A model generated the notes under the pieces. That model was given only the letters and a program-made list of their open reading frames with translations. It was not told where the DNA came from and did not search any database. The position numbers and the translations under genes are program-made. Below are positions 39,526 to 50,032 of a stretch of 64,000 nucleotides of DNA, in pieces. Position 1 is the stretch's first letter. Every line of letters starts with the position of its first letter. The stretch comes from Verrucomicrobiota bacterium (GTDB taxonomy: Bacteria > Verrucomicrobiota > Verrucomicrobiia > Opitutales > JABDGR01), in contig JBEHYY010000017.1 of NCBI GenBank assembly GCA_048497935.1, positions 3,014 to 67,013 on the forward strand, given 5' to 3'.

Positions 39526-40734
39526 TTAATAAATGTCGGCAGGGTTGGCGCGGCGGAGTTTGCGTGTGGCGAGGCCGCCTGCGAGGAGACACATGGTCAA
39601 GGAAAGGGCAAAGACCAGCGCGATGTTGACCACAGTCAGGTACGCGGGCATATGGCCGTAGGTGCGCGTGGCCCAATACAAGCCCGCCGCCAGGCCGAGG
39701 CCGGGAATAAAACCCATGACAGAAAGGATGATGGACTCCTGCAAAACAAGGCGGATGAAGTAGCCATCGGTGAAGCCAATGGCCTTGAGCGTGGCATATT
39801 CGGGCAGGTGGTCGGTGACGTCGGTATAAAGGATTTGATAGACGATGACCGCGCCGACGATGAGCGACACGAGCATGGAGGCGGTGATGACAAAGCCGAT
39901 GGGGGTGCGCTCGGCCCAGTAGCTCTCCTCCTTTTGCACGAATTGATTATAGCTCATGGCCGTGACATCGTCAGGCAGGCGCTGGTCGAGGCGTTGGGCC
40001 ACGGCGGCGGCATCAGCACCCGGCTTGAGGGTCAGCAGACCGAGGCTGATCTGGTCGGCCCTGGCCGTGGGCGAAACCTTCAGATAGGTATCGCGGCTCA
40101 TCAGCAAGTTGCCATCAGCGGCAAAAGTGACGCCCATGTTGAAGAGGCCCTCGATTTGCACATGGCGGTCAGCGACTTCAGAGGCCACCTGGCCATTGCC
40201 GGCAGCGAGCAGGGCCTCGACCGGGCCATAATCGGCGCGGGAAAGGCGGTCGAACAGCACGGCGCTTTCGTACTTAAGCTTGTCCTGCTGGGTCAGTATC
40301 TCCGGGTTGGTGAAAGGCTTGAGGGAGGGGTCGAAGGCGAGGATGAAAATGTCCCGCGCACGGCCCGTCTCGGGGTTTTTAAACGGCAGGCTGCCCAGAT
40401 AAAGGCTGGTGGCATTGACGACGGAGTCGTCATAGCCCTGCGCGGAATAGAGGCGCGCGCGCGGGAAATCATGGCTGCTGCCGAGGTATTCGAATTGAGA
40501 GCTGACAAGGACGACATCCGCGCGCATCTGTTTGATCGGCGCGACCACTTGCGCGAACAAGGCGGACTTCAAGCCGACTTGGAACAACATCATCGCCACG
40601 GCCACGGTGATGCCGGCGACGGCGGCGGCAAAACGTTTCTTCTCCTGCACGAGCTGGCGCCACGCCAAGGGGATGCCCAGCGGAAAAATCCACTCGCGCA
40701 GCGGGCGAGCCAGGCGCCGGGCGGGGCGGGTCAT
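39526..40734 (-). CDS. devC: ABC exporter permease, FtsX-fold, DevC-like
   Basis: 402 aa. One N-terminal TM, a large periplasmic domain and three C-terminal TMs (FtsX/MacB topology). The start overlaps the devB stop by 4 nt. Confidence 0.75.
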   Translation of the reverse strand: MTRPARRLARPLREWIFPLGIPLAWRQLVQEKKRFAAAVAGITVAVAMMLFQVGLKSALFAQVVAPIKQMRADVVLVSSQFEYLGSSHDFPRARLYSAQGYDDSVVNATSLYLGSLPFKNPETGRARDIFILAFDPSLKPFTNPEILTQQDKLKYESAVLFDRLSRADYGPVEALLAAGNGQVASEVADRHVQIEGLFNMGVTFAADGNLLMSRDTYLKVSPTARADQISLGLLTLKPGADAAAVAQRLDQRLPDDVTAMSYNQFVQKEESYWAERTPIGFVITASMLVSLIVGAVIVYQILYTDVTDHLPEYATLKAIGFTDGYFIRLVLQESIILSVMGFIPGLGLAAGLYWATRTYGHMPAYLTVVNIALVFALSLTMCLLAGGLATRKLRRANPADIY

Positions 40735-42083
40735 GGGGCGAATTGCACCTTCACTTGTCCATTGATGAGGTTGGCCGCGGAGGCTGGCTTCTCCAGCCGC
40801 ACCTTCACCAGCACCACCGGCTGGTCGGAAAAGACGGTGGGGTCCGGGTTGGGCAGGGTATTGCCGGCCACCATGGGACTGATCTCCACCACTTCGCCAA
40901 CCAAACCATCCTCGGTGAAGCCCGAACTGGTGATCATGGCCTTCTGGTCGAGATGCACGCTGGGAACGTCATCCACGTAAACCAGGGCATCGACATAAAT
41001 CTCGCGGGTGTCACCCATCTGCAGCAATCCCGCCAAGCCCACGACCTCGCCCGGGCGCGCCAAGATGTCCAAAATTCTGCCGGCGGAGGGAGCATGGACC
41101 TCGCTCAGGGCCAGCTGGGCGCGGGCCACCACCAAGGCGGACTCCGCCGTGGCGAGACGGGCCTGGGCAGCAGCCACCGTGGCGGTACCCTCACCCGCGG
41201 ATGCCTCCATCACCTTCTTTTGCGCAGCGACCGCCGCAGTGGCGGCCAGGACTTGCGCCTGTTCAGGAGAAATGACCGCCGGACTGGCGGCAGGGTCAGC
41301 CACCAAGGCCGCCTCCGCTTGGCGGACGTGGATGCCGGCCAAATCGGCCTGGGCTTGCAGTTGCGCAATCTGGTTGGCCATCTCGGTGTCGCCCCGAGTT
41401 TTGGCGGCCTTGGCTTCGTCAAGCTGCGCAGTGGCGACAGAACGCTCGGTCGTGCGCGATTTGGGCAGGGCGTCGAGCTGGGATTGGGCGAGGGCCACAC
41501 TCGCTGTGCTGGCGGCCAGGGTCGCCTTCTGCAATTCCTTGGCATTGAGCAAGGCGGATTGGGCCGCGGTTTCCTCGCGCCGGGCCTGCTCCAAAGCCAG
41601 GCGGCTGGCATCCACCGCGCGGTGGAGAGCGGCGTCGGCCATGTTCAGACGGCCTTCCAAGTCAGCCAATTGCAAAGCCATCGCAGCGGCCACTTGCGCC
41701 TGGCCCGCCTGGGCTTGGGCAACTGCCGCCGTCGCCGCAGCCTTGTCATGATCGGCGGCATCCACTTGGGCCTGAAGGACGGTGCGGCCACGCAAAAGGG
41801 CAAGGAGTTGGCCTGCTTCGACAGTATCGCCCCGTTTGACCAGAAGCTGATCGACAATCGCCTGGCCGGTGACACCCGCCGGAGCGGAAACCCGGATGAT
41901 GCCGCCCGACGGCACGATGCGGCCTTGGGCGGCGACACCCCCGGCAAACGGATTGGCGGAGGGTTGCGGCGTGCGATGATTCGTCTGCGCCCAAGCCACC
42001 GAGGGGGACAACAACACCCCCGCCAGCAGAGCACAGCAGATGGCATTCGACCTTAAAATCATCCTAAGGATGGGATTGCTCAC
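40731..42083 (-). CDS. devB: HlyD-family membrane fusion protein, DevB-like
   Basis: Signal/anchor, lipoyl-like hairpin halves (GRIVPSGGIIRVSAP.., VHAPSAGRILDI), a long Ala/Gln-rich coiled coil, and a C-terminal beta-barrel. Confidence 0.8.
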   Translation of the reverse strand: MSNPILRMILRSNAICCALLAGVLLSPSVAWAQTNHRTPQPSANPFAGGVAAQGRIVPSGGIIRVSAPAGVTGQAIVDQLLVKRGDTVEAGQLLALLRGRTVLQAQVDAADHDKAAATAAVAQAQAGQAQVAAAMALQLADLEGRLNMADAALHRAVDASRLALEQARREETAAQSALLNAKELQKATLAASTASVALAQSQLDALPKSRTTERSVATAQLDEAKAAKTRGDTEMANQIAQLQAQADLAGIHVRQAEAALVADPAASPAVISPEQAQVLAATAAVAAQKKVMEASAGEGTATVAAAQARLATAESALVVARAQLALSEVHAPSAGRILDILARPGEVVGLAGLLQMGDTREIYVDALVYVDDVPSVHLDQKAMITSSGFTEDGLVGEVVEISPMVAGNTLPNPDPTVFSDQPVVLVKVRLEKPASAANLINGQVKVQFAP

Positions 42084-42173
42084 GCGTGTGAAAGATGTTG
42101 TCTATTCGCAAGATGCACTGCGGACAAGGTTAAAACTCGTCACCCGCGCCCCGGCCCCCTAATAACACCCACC

Positions 42174-43046
42174 ATGCAAACCGCCGAGGCCTATGCCCGC
42201 TGCCTAGCGCTGACCCGCACCCACTACGAAAATTTTCCCGTGGCGCGGCTTGTGCCCAAGCGCCTGCAACCGGCGGTGGCGGCGGTCTATGCTTTTGCCC
42301 GCACAGCGGATGACATCGCCGATGAAGGGGTGGACCGGCCGGGGGGACCCATCCTGTCCGTACCCGAGCGCCTGACGCGGCTGCGCGATTTTGAAAATGC
42401 CCTGCTGGCCGACAACCCGGCCTCTGTGCCACCGGAATGGGACTGGATTTTCGCCGCCGTGGCCGACACCCGCCAACGCTATCAGATTCCCACCCAGTTG
42501 TTCCAGGATTTGCTTTCGGCCTTCACCCAGGATGTCACCGTCAAGCGCTACGCCACCTTTGCGGAGGTGCTTGACTACTGCCGCCGCAGCGCCAATCCCG
42601 TCGGACGTCTGGTGCTTTTACTGCATGGGTTTAACGACGAGAAACGCTTTGCCGAATCGGATGCGATATGCACGGCGCTGCAGCTGGCCAACTTTTGGCA
42701 GGATGTCGCCGTGGACTGGAAAAAAGGGCGCGTTTATGTGCCGCAGGAAGACTGGGCCAGCCATGGCGTGGTGGAGGCGGATTTTGGCGCGGCCACGGCC
42801 TCGCCGAATATGCGCGCGTTGATGAAATACCAGGTTGCGCGCACGTATGGGCTGTTTGCCGAGGGGCGGCCCCTGCCCGCCTCGCTGCCATTTCCGCTGA
42901 GCCTGGAAATCCGCATCACCTGGCTGGGCGGGAGTTCCATCCTGGACCGCATCGTCGCCCAGGACTACGACACCCTGTGCGCCCGGCCGGCTCTCGGCAC
43001 CTGGGATAAAGCGCGGTTGCTCTGGCGCGGAGTCTTCGGCATTTAG
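42174..43046 (+). CDS. hpnC: Squalene/phytoene synthase family enzyme, HpnC-like (hydroxysqualene synthase)
   Basis: THYENFPVARLVPKRL, AVYAFARTADDIADEG (first Asp-rich motif), NFWQDVAVDWKKGRVYVPQED. 290 aa. Confidence 0.8.
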   Translation: MQTAEAYARCLALTRTHYENFPVARLVPKRLQPAVAAVYAFARTADDIADEGVDRPGGPILSVPERLTRLRDFENALLADNPASVPPEWDWIFAAVADTRQRYQIPTQLFQDLLSAFTQDVTVKRYATFAEVLDYCRRSANPVGRLVLLLHGFNDEKRFAESDAICTALQLANFWQDVAVDWKKGRVYVPQEDWASHGVVEADFGAATASPNMRALMKYQVARTYGLFAEGRPLPASLPFPLSLEIRITWLGGSSILDRIVAQDYDTLCARPALGTWDKARLLWRGVFGI

Positions 43047-43054
43047 GTTCATCC

Positions 43055-45256
43055 ATGGCTGACAGCCCCACCAGCGCAACCGAAGCCCGGCGCAAGTCCA
43101 ACCTTGCGTTTTCGTTCTTCTCGCTTGGGCCAGCGGAGCGCGAGGCGATGTCGGTGTTCTACGATTTCTGCCGCGTGGTGGATGACATTGCCGACGACAC
43201 CACCACGACTGCCGCTGCCAAGGCGGCGGCCTTGAATGAATGGCGCGTGGATTTGGAGGCCATGGCCGCGGGCCGGGAGCAGAAGCTCGCCCTGGCCAAA
43301 CAACTGGCGCCCATTGTGCCGCGCTTTGGCGTCGCGGTAAAAAATCTCCACGAAATCATCGATGGCGTGTCGCACGATCTCGAGCCGCGCACCTATGCGA
43401 ACTTCGAGGAACTGCGCCAGTATTGCTACGGGGTGGCCTCGGCGGTGGGGCTGGTGTCCATCCGCATCTTTGGCTGCCGCGACCCGCGCTGCCCGGAATT
43501 TGCCGAAACACTGGGCTATGCCTTGCAACTGACGAACATCCTGCGCGATGTCGTCGAAGACAAGTGCGAGTATGGACGCGTGTACCTGCCACGCGACGAG
43601 ATGGCGGCGTTTGGCGTCGAACTGGAAGACCTGGGCAACCCGGCGCGTAACCCGGCCTGCGTCCGGCTTTTCCGCCTGCAATATTTCCGCGCCAAGCATT
43701 ACTTCAACAAAGCCCGGCGCCTGCTGCCAGCGGGCGACCAGCCGAACCTCAAGGCCGCGCTCATCATGGCGGCATTCTATGAGGATATTTTGGACGAAAT
43801 TGCCCGACGAGGGTTTTTGCTGACGGAAAACCGCGTGCGCCTGAGCAAATGGCGCAAGGTGCAGCTGGTGCTCCGCGTACAGCGCGAATCGCGCCGGCCG
43901 CTGCCCAAATTGGCGCCGCCGGGGCGGGTGGCGGTCTGGGGCGCGGGGGTGGCGGGCATCACCGCGGCGCTGGCCTTGGCGGAACAGGGATTCGCCGTGG
44001 ATGTTTACGAGGCGAAAAATTTTACCGGAGGCCGGGCCTCGAGCCTGCGCGATGCGCCGAGCGGACTGACGCTCGACAACGGCCAGCACATCGTGATGGG
44101 CTGCTATCATGCGTTCCTGCGCACCTTGGAGCGCATGGGCGCGCGCGACCGGCTGGCGGAGACGCCGGGGCTCTCGGTGGACTACATCGCACCCGGGGGC
44201 CGGTGGTCAAAACTCGCGGCAGCCAACCTGCCCGCGCCGCTTCATCTGCTGGCGGGCTTGTTTAATTTTCGCGCGCTGAACATGGCGGACCGCTTCGCCA
44301 TTCTGCGGATGGGATTGTCGCTGAAAATCGGCGCGCCACCGGGGGAAAGCGAAACCGTCTCCACCTGGCTGGAGCGCAAAGGACAGACCACCGGATCCAT
44401 CCGCGCCTTGTGGGAGCCCTTCTGCCTCGCGGCGCTCAACGAGCCACCGGCCACGGCCAGCGCCCGGTTGCTGTGGGAAACATTGCGCCGGTCGCTCTTT
44501 GGCGCAAAAAGCGATTCCGCGATATTCTTCGCGCGGGTGGGTCTGAGCGACCTCTTCCGCCCCGAGGCCGAGCTTTACCTGCGCGCCACCGGCGGAAGCC
44601 TGCGGCTTGGCGCGCAAATCGCGCGGCTGCGTTTTGAAAACAGCCGCGTGCAGGCGGAAACCGCCAAGGGCGAATCTCTCGCGGCGGATTACCATGTCTC
44701 CGCGCTGCCGTGGGCGGCGCTGCGGAACCTGCTGCCGGCGGATGCTCCCTTACGCGCACAGCTGGAAAAGATTTCGCCCGCGGGCATTTTGAACATCCAC
44801 CTGCTCAGTGAGCGCAAATTGTTCGACGCACCTTTTGTGGGCTTGCTCGAATCCCCCTTTCACTGGGTGTTTGACCGGTCCGACCACCTGCCGCCCGAAC
44901 GCCAGCGCAAGGAATACCTCTACGCGGTGACCATGAGTGCCGCGGGTGAAACCTGGCTGGCCAAAAAGAGCGAGGACATCCTGGGCGCGGTGCGCGCGGA
45001 GCTGGCCAAGTATTTCCCGGCGGCGAAAGATGCGACATTTTTGCGCGAACTGGTGATTAAAACCAAAGACGCCACCTTTGCCGCGACACCCGCCGCCGAG
45101 CCGGCTCGCCCGGGCCCGGTGACGCCATGGCAAAATCTTTTTCTCGCCGGGGACTGGACGAACACCCGGTTGCCCGCGACGCTGGAAGGCGCAGCCCTCA
45201 GCGGTGAGGCGGCCGCGCGGGCGATTGATGGCCAGGCATCTGCGTCTGCAAATTAG
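43055..45256 (+). CDS. hpnD-hpnE: Single-ORF fusion: HpnD-like presqualene diphosphate synthase (N-terminal) plus HpnE-like FAD-dependent hydroxysqualene oxidoreductase (C-terminal)
   Basis: Residues 1-~270: [50 protein letters not shown]. From ~43921: Rossmann motif [33 protein letters not shown], and the amine-oxidase-type C-terminus [18 protein letters not shown]. There is no stop codon between the two halves. 733 aa. Confidence 0.8.
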   Translation: MADSPTSATEARRKSNLAFSFFSLGPAEREAMSVFYDFCRVVDDIADDTTTTAAAKAAALNEWRVDLEAMAAGREQKLALAKQLAPIVPRFGVAVKNLHEIIDGVSHDLEPRTYANFEELRQYCYGVASAVGLVSIRIFGCRDPRCPEFAETLGYALQLTNILRDVVEDKCEYGRVYLPRDEMAAFGVELEDLGNPARNPACVRLFRLQYFRAKHYFNKARRLLPAGDQPNLKAALIMAAFYEDILDEIARRGFLLTENRVRLSKWRKVQLVLRVQRESRRPLPKLAPPGRVAVWGAGVAGITAALALAEQGFAVDVYEAKNFTGGRASSLRDAPSGLTLDNGQHIVMGCYHAFLRTLERMGARDRLAETPGLSVDYIAPGGRWSKLAAANLPAPLHLLAGLFNFRALNMADRFAILRMGLSLKIGAPPGESETVSTWLERKGQTTGSIRALWEPFCLAALNEPPATASARLLWETLRRSLFGAKSDSAIFFARVGLSDLFRPEAELYLRATGGSLRLGAQIARLRFENSRVQAETAKGESLAADYHVSALPWAALRNLLPADAPLRAQLEKISPAGILNIHLLSERKLFDAPFVGLLESPFHWVFDRSDHLPPERQRKEYLYAVTMSAAGETWLAKKSEDILGAVRAELAKYFPAAKDATFLRELVIKTKDATFAATPAAEPARPGPVTPWQNLFLAGDWTNTRLPATLEGAALSGEAAARAIDGQASASAN

Positions 45257-46626
45257 CTTTTGAGCAGCCGCTCGATACGCGCCAGCACCTTGGCCTTGCC
45301 GATGACACGGAGCATACCGTAGAGGCTCGGCCCCACGCTCATGCCGGAGACAGCCAGACGCGTGGCGTGGATGTAGTCGGCGGTCTTGACGTTGTGCTGC
45401 GCAGCGAGATCGTGGACAGTCTTTTCCAAGGCCGCCTCGGAAAAATCCTCCTGCGTGGCGAGCGCGGCCTGCAACTCCCGGAGGCGGGCCAGCGGGTCGC
45501 CGTTCTTTTTCAATTTATCCAGCGCACCGGCCTCAAGGGCAAAGTCGTCCTTGAAGAAGTAGCTGCAAAAGTGCGGGAGCTCGTCGAGCGCGCGGATTTT
45601 CTCCTGGCAGAGAAGGAGCACGGCCTGCACGTAATCCTCAGGCGTGCTGTCGTTGACCAAACCGGCATTGGCAAGAATGGGGCGGCCAATCCAGGCGAGG
45701 TTGCCGGGCGCCATGGTGCGCACGTAGTGGGTATTGATGAACGCCATCTTCTTTTCGTCAAAGCGGGCGTTGTGCAGCACGATGCCCGGGAGGTCGAACA
45801 GGCGGATGATTTCCTCGATCGGCAGCAGCTCGCGGTCATCCTTGGGCGACCAGCCAAGCAGGCAAAGGTAATTGCGCACGGCCTCGGGGAGAAAGTGCTG
45901 CTTCTGGTAATCCTCGATCAACGCGCCCTGGTCGCGTTTGCTCATCTTGCCCGCGCCCTTGGTCTTCAGGATGAGCGGGATGTGCGCGTAATGGGGGATG
46001 GGGGCGCCGAGCGCCTCGAAGAGCACCACGTGCTTGGGGGTGTTGGAGAGATGGTCCTCCCCGCGGATGACGTGGGTGATGTGCATCGTGATGTCGTCCA
46101 CGACATTGACGAAGTGGAACACCGGGTCGCCGTTGGCGCGGATGATGATGAAGTCCTCGTCCACCTCGCGCTCGACATCGCCATGCACGGCGTCATGGAT
46201 GATGGGGGCCTTGCAGCGCACCTTCTCGACGTGCTTCTGCTTGCGATCGTCCCAGGCCTGGTAGCGTTCGCCGAGGAGCTTGAAATAAATCGCGCCGTCC
46301 TTTTCATAGGCGCGGCCGTTGTCGAGGAGCTTCTGGAGGTATTCCTTGTAAATGGCGCCGCGCATACTCTGGAAATACGGGCCATATTTGTCACCGGACT
46401 CCGGACCCTCGTCCCAATTGAGGCCGAGCCAGCGCATACCGTCGAGGATGACGCGCAGAGCCTCCGGGGTGTTGCGCTCCTTGTCAGTGTCCTCGATGCG
46501 CAGGATGAACGTGCCGCCGGTGTGGCGGGCGTAGAGCCAGTTGAACAGCGCGGTGCGGGCGCTGCCGATATGGAAAAAGCCAGTCGGGCTGGGGGCGAAA
46601 CGGACGCGGACGGGAGACGAGGACAT
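45253..46626 (-). CDS. gltX: Glutamate--tRNA ligase
   Basis: [22 protein letters not shown] (HIGH motif) and [11 protein letters not shown] (KMSKS motif). The ATG at 46626 ([10 protein letters not shown]..) is preferred over the track start at 46755. Confidence 0.93.
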   Translation of the reverse strand: MSSSPVRVRFAPSPTGFFHIGSARTALFNWLYARHTGGTFILRIEDTDKERNTPEALRVILDGMRWLGLNWDEGPESGDKYGPYFQSMRGAIYKEYLQKLLDNGRAYEKDGAIYFKLLGERYQAWDDRKQKHVEKVRCKAPIIHDAVHGDVEREVDEDFIIIRANGDPVFHFVNVVDDITMHITHVIRGEDHLSNTPKHVVLFEALGAPIPHYAHIPLILKTKGAGKMSKRDQGALIEDYQKQHFLPEAVRNYLCLLGWSPKDDRELLPIEEIIRLFDLPGIVLHNARFDEKKMAFINTHYVRTMAPGNLAWIGRPILANAGLVNDSTPEDYVQAVLLLCQEKIRALDELPHFCSYFFKDDFALEAGALDKLKKNGDPLARLRELQAALATQEDFSEAALEKTVHDLAAQHNVKTADYIHATRLAVSGMSVGPSLYGMLRVIGKAKVLARIERLLKS

Positions 46627-46748
46627 GGTGGAAACCCGCCATGCTGACGGTATTTGGGAAAAAGGCAAACTACCAGATATGCTGAAAAAACCGCAGGGGG
46701 CGGTGCTGTTTGGCTGAAAATTCGTCACAATCCAGCGCCTAACTAACG

Positions 46749-46778
46749 TTGACATACATCAGGGCGCGGCTGGATAAT
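46749..46778 (+). promoter_or_regulatory. Candidate sigma-70-type promoter for the lectin-domain gene
   Basis: TTGACA (46749-46754), an 18-nt spacer, then GATAAT (46773-46778). Confidence 0.4.
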
Positions 46779-46855
46779 CCCTGCCACCATCTCCTTTTTT
46801 CTTGAATCGTTTTGCACATAAGCTCCCTGTCCACGCCCAGGCTGCCCTCGCCCGG

Positions 46856-47926
46856 ATGGCTTTGCTGCTGGCCGGGCTAGCTGGGATGACGCCCTGCCAC
46901 GCGCAGGAGACGGAAGTGAGTGCGGTTTGGTCGCAACAAATTGTACAAATATCGCCTGATCAAGTAAGCCGCATGGTCTGGGCCATTTCCATGACGCGGC
47001 CGGGCACGGGCCTGCCCCAAATGGGCACGGCCCAGACTTTCCCGAGCTGGACAGCTGCGGCTGGAATTGGGCTGGGCACCTCGGCGCTCACTTTGGCCAC
47101 CCAAAAGTCCTTTGAAGGGGATGCCACAAATTTGCAGCGCTATGCCATGAACCTGGACAAGAACGGCCAGGGGGCGCTGCTCCCCCAGCCTTTTGCAACG
47201 GTCACCGACGCGGGCACGGTGCTGTCGCTAAGCTACCGCCAGCGCAAAGGCATGATAGATGTCGTGCTCATCCCCCAATACTCAACCGACCAGATCAATT
47301 GGGCTCCGGTGCCAGCAGCCAATATCCAGCCCATGCCCGATGATGATGCGAACACGGCGCGTTTTCTGGCCTCGATGACAATGCCACCCGGACAACTGCT
47401 GTTCATGCGGGTCATTGCCCAAGTGAATAACAGCGCCATTGTCCAATGGCCCCTCGCAGACGGCGGTAACGGGCATTACTATCAGGTCGTCATTGTCTGG
47501 GGCATGAGAGACTCCGCCAGCGCCCAAAGCTATGCCGCCACCTTGGGCGGTTACCCGGCGACCCTTACTTCAGCGGCGGAAAACACCTTTGTCTTCGCCC
47601 TCACCAATGCCCCGCAGTTCTGGACGAGCGGCAGCCCAAGAGGCACGACTGGCCCCATGATCGGGGTCAACACCGGCATTATCGGCGCACCAGTCTTTGC
47701 TCCCACCTGGTTTAATAATGAGGGCTTTCTATCTGCTGGCTACACCAATTGGGACTCCGCCGCAGTTGTACTGGGCAGGCGGGGGGGCGGCCGCGGAGGA
47801 ATCAGCGGTTTTAACACTGTCCAATTCTTTAGCGCCTCAGGCCATCCCGCCGCGACCTGGGCTGCCCTTTCCACAAGCGCGTTCAGCCTGGTGATTGAAT
47901 ACGACACCAAACCGGCGGGGAATTAA
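46856..47926 (+). CDS. Secreted protein with C-terminal C-type-lectin-like domain
   Basis: Signal peptide MALLLAGLAGMTPCHAQE. The C-terminal part GNGHYYQVV..SASAQSYAATLGGYPATLTSAAENTFVF resembles bacterial C-type lectin folds (NGHYY..W..A...A..LGG.LA.I.S..E..F). Start could be the TTG at 46802. Confidence 0.5.
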   Translation: MALLLAGLAGMTPCHAQETEVSAVWSQQIVQISPDQVSRMVWAISMTRPGTGLPQMGTAQTFPSWTAAAGIGLGTSALTLATQKSFEGDATNLQRYAMNLDKNGQGALLPQPFATVTDAGTVLSLSYRQRKGMIDVVLIPQYSTDQINWAPVPAANIQPMPDDDANTARFLASMTMPPGQLLFMRVIAQVNNSAIVQWPLADGGNGHYYQVVIVWGMRDSASAQSYAATLGGYPATLTSAAENTFVFALTNAPQFWTSGSPRGTTGPMIGVNTGIIGAPVFAPTWFNNEGFLSAGYTNWDSAAVVLGRRGGGRGGISGFNTVQFFSASGHPAATWAALSTSAFSLVIEYDTKPAGN

Positions 47927-47944
47927 TGGCCTGCGAAAGGGGCC

Positions 47945-49945
47945 TTACCAGATATTAACCCGACCGGACGCCGGGCGACGCATGGGGGCACCCTCGGGGA
48001 TGTTGAAGGCGGCCCAAAACTCGGGGAGATTGGACAGCGGGCCGTTGACGCGAAATTTGTCCGGCGCGTGCTCGTTGGTGAGGACCTGTTTGCGCAGGTC
48101 TTCCGGCCGCTGGTTGATGCGCCAGCTGTTCGCATAGCTGAGGAAAAAGCGCTGGGCCGGGGTGAAACCGTCAATGAGCGTGGCATCCTTATTGGCCTGG
48201 GTCTTTTGGAAGGCGGCGTAGGCCAGCTTCAGGCCGCCGAGGTCGGCGATGTTTTCGCCCTGGGTGACTTCACCGTTGAGGTGCAGGTTGTCCAGCACGG
48301 AGTATCCGTCGAATTGCTTGATGATGGCGGCGGAACGCTCCAAGAAGCGGGAAGCGCTGTCCGGACTCCACCAATCCTTGAGGTTCCCGGCGGCGTCGAA
48401 CTGGCGGCCCTGGTCGTCATAACCGTGCGTCATCTCATGGCCGATGACTGAGCCAATGGCGCCATAGTTTACGGCATCATCATAGCTGGCGTCGAAAAAT
48501 GGCGGTTGGAGGATGCCGGCTGGGAAAACGATCTCATTCATGCTCGGGTCGTAGTAGGCGTTCACGGTCGGGGGCGTCATCCCCCACTCCGTGCGGTCCA
48601 CCGGGTGGCCGATTTTGGCGAGCTCGCGCCGCGAATCGAACTCGCGGGCGCGCAGGACATTGAGCACATAGGGTCCGCGGTCGATGACGAGCTTGCGGTA
48701 ATCGATCCACTTGTCGGGGTAGCCCACTTTGACATTGAGGGCGGCCAGCTTTTTCAGCGCGGCGGCACGGGTGGGCTCGTCCATCCACTCAAGCGTCAAC
48801 AAACGGTCATGGAGCGCCGCGCGGAGGTTGGCGACCAGCTCCACAATGCGGGCCTTGGAAGCGGGCGGAAAATAGTCCTTCACATACAACTGCCCGAGCG
48901 CCTCGCCCACGTTGTGGTCGATGGTGGTGAGCACGCGCTTCCAGCGTTCACGCAGTTCCTGGGCGCCGGTGAGGATTTTGCCGTTGAAATCAAAATCCTC
49001 GTTGACGAACGGCGCGCTGAGGTAGGCGGCGGTGGCGTTCAGCAATTGCCAGCGCAGATATGTCTTCCAGTCCGCAAGGGAGGTGCTGACTATCTCGGCG
49101 TTGAAAGTCTGGAGGAACTCCGGCTGGCCGACGTCCATCTGGTCAACATTGGCCAGGCCCAATGCGGCAAGATAGGTGTTCCAATCAAACAGAGGCGTGA
49201 GCTTCTGCACCTCGGCGAGCGGAAGTTTGTGATAATTGGCGACGGGATCGCGCAAATCGGCGTGGGTCTTGGAGCCTTTGGCCAGCGCCGTCTCCAGCTT
49301 CATCACCGCTGCGGCCCGGGCCTGCGCCACGGCGGGGGTGTCGCCAGCCAGCTCGAGCATCTTGCCGATATGCGCGACGTATTGCTCGCGGATTTTCTTT
49401 GAATGATCGTCATCGCGGAAATAGTAATCGCGGTCGGGCAAACCCAGCCCACCCTGGCCGAGTCCCGCAATGTCGTTATTGCTGTCCGCCGGGTCCGGCT
49501 CGCCGGAAAAATAGAAGCCCGCGTGGGCCTGGAGCAGGTTCAGGCGCGCGAGGGCGGCGGGCAAACCGGCGGCATCCTTGATAGCCTCGATGCGGGCCAG
49601 CTCGGGCTGGAGCGGCGCCAGGCCAGCGGCGTTGATGGCGGCCTCATCCATGCCGCTGGCGTAAAAGTCGCCCACGAGTTTTTCGATAAACCCCGGGTCT
49701 TTGGCCGCCGCAGCGCGGTCGAGAATGGTGTGCAAGGCGGCCTTGTTGCGCTCGTCAACCTCGTTATCCACGCCCCAGCGCGGGTAGGCGGCAGGAATGG
49801 GGTTGGCCTGTAGCCAGGCGCCGTTGACGTGCTGGTAGAAATCATCCTCCAGCTTGGTGGCGGGGTCGAAATTCTTGACCTCAATCTGCGCCTGCAGGCC
49901 GGAGGTGAAAAGGAGCGCCAAGGCCAGCCAGGGATATTTTCTCAT
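47945..49945 (-). CDS. pepO: M13-family zinc metallopeptidase (PepO / endothelin-converting-enzyme-like)
   Basis: Signal peptide, NAYYDPSMNEIVFPAGILQ, HExxH motif VIGHEMTHGYD, ENIADLGG. 666 aa. Confidence 0.9.
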   Translation of the reverse strand: MRKYPWLALALLFTSGLQAQIEVKNFDPATKLEDDFYQHVNGAWLQANPIPAAYPRWGVDNEVDERNKAALHTILDRAAAAKDPGFIEKLVGDFYASGMDEAAINAAGLAPLQPELARIEAIKDAAGLPAALARLNLLQAHAGFYFSGEPDPADSNNDIAGLGQGGLGLPDRDYYFRDDDHSKKIREQYVAHIGKMLELAGDTPAVAQARAAAVMKLETALAKGSKTHADLRDPVANYHKLPLAEVQKLTPLFDWNTYLAALGLANVDQMDVGQPEFLQTFNAEIVSTSLADWKTYLRWQLLNATAAYLSAPFVNEDFDFNGKILTGAQELRERWKRVLTTIDHNVGEALGQLYVKDYFPPASKARIVELVANLRAALHDRLLTLEWMDEPTRAAALKKLAALNVKVGYPDKWIDYRKLVIDRGPYVLNVLRAREFDSRRELAKIGHPVDRTEWGMTPPTVNAYYDPSMNEIVFPAGILQPPFFDASYDDAVNYGAIGSVIGHEMTHGYDDQGRQFDAAGNLKDWWSPDSASRFLERSAAIIKQFDGYSVLDNLHLNGEVTQGENIADLGGLKLAYAAFQKTQANKDATLIDGFTPAQRFFLSYANSWRINQRPEDLRKQVLTNEHAPDKFRVNGPLSNLPEFWAAFNIPEGAPMRRPASGRVNIW

Positions 49946-50032
49946 GCGGAAAGTCTTTGCCGGAGGCTGGAAACGCGCAAGCCTGATGTTTTTTGCTTCG
50001 CAAACCGCCGCGGGTGTTTAGCGTATGGCGCG

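Noticed and set aside
38557-40980. 807-aa plus-strand ORF spanning devA/devC/devB
   Set aside because: It is an antisense shadow. The minus strand contains Walker A/B, the ABC signature and FtsX-type permease features with coupled starts.
43049-44110. 353-aa minus-strand ORF overlapping the hpnD part
   Set aside because: It is antisense to a frame carrying both Asp-rich squalene/phytoene synthase motifs.
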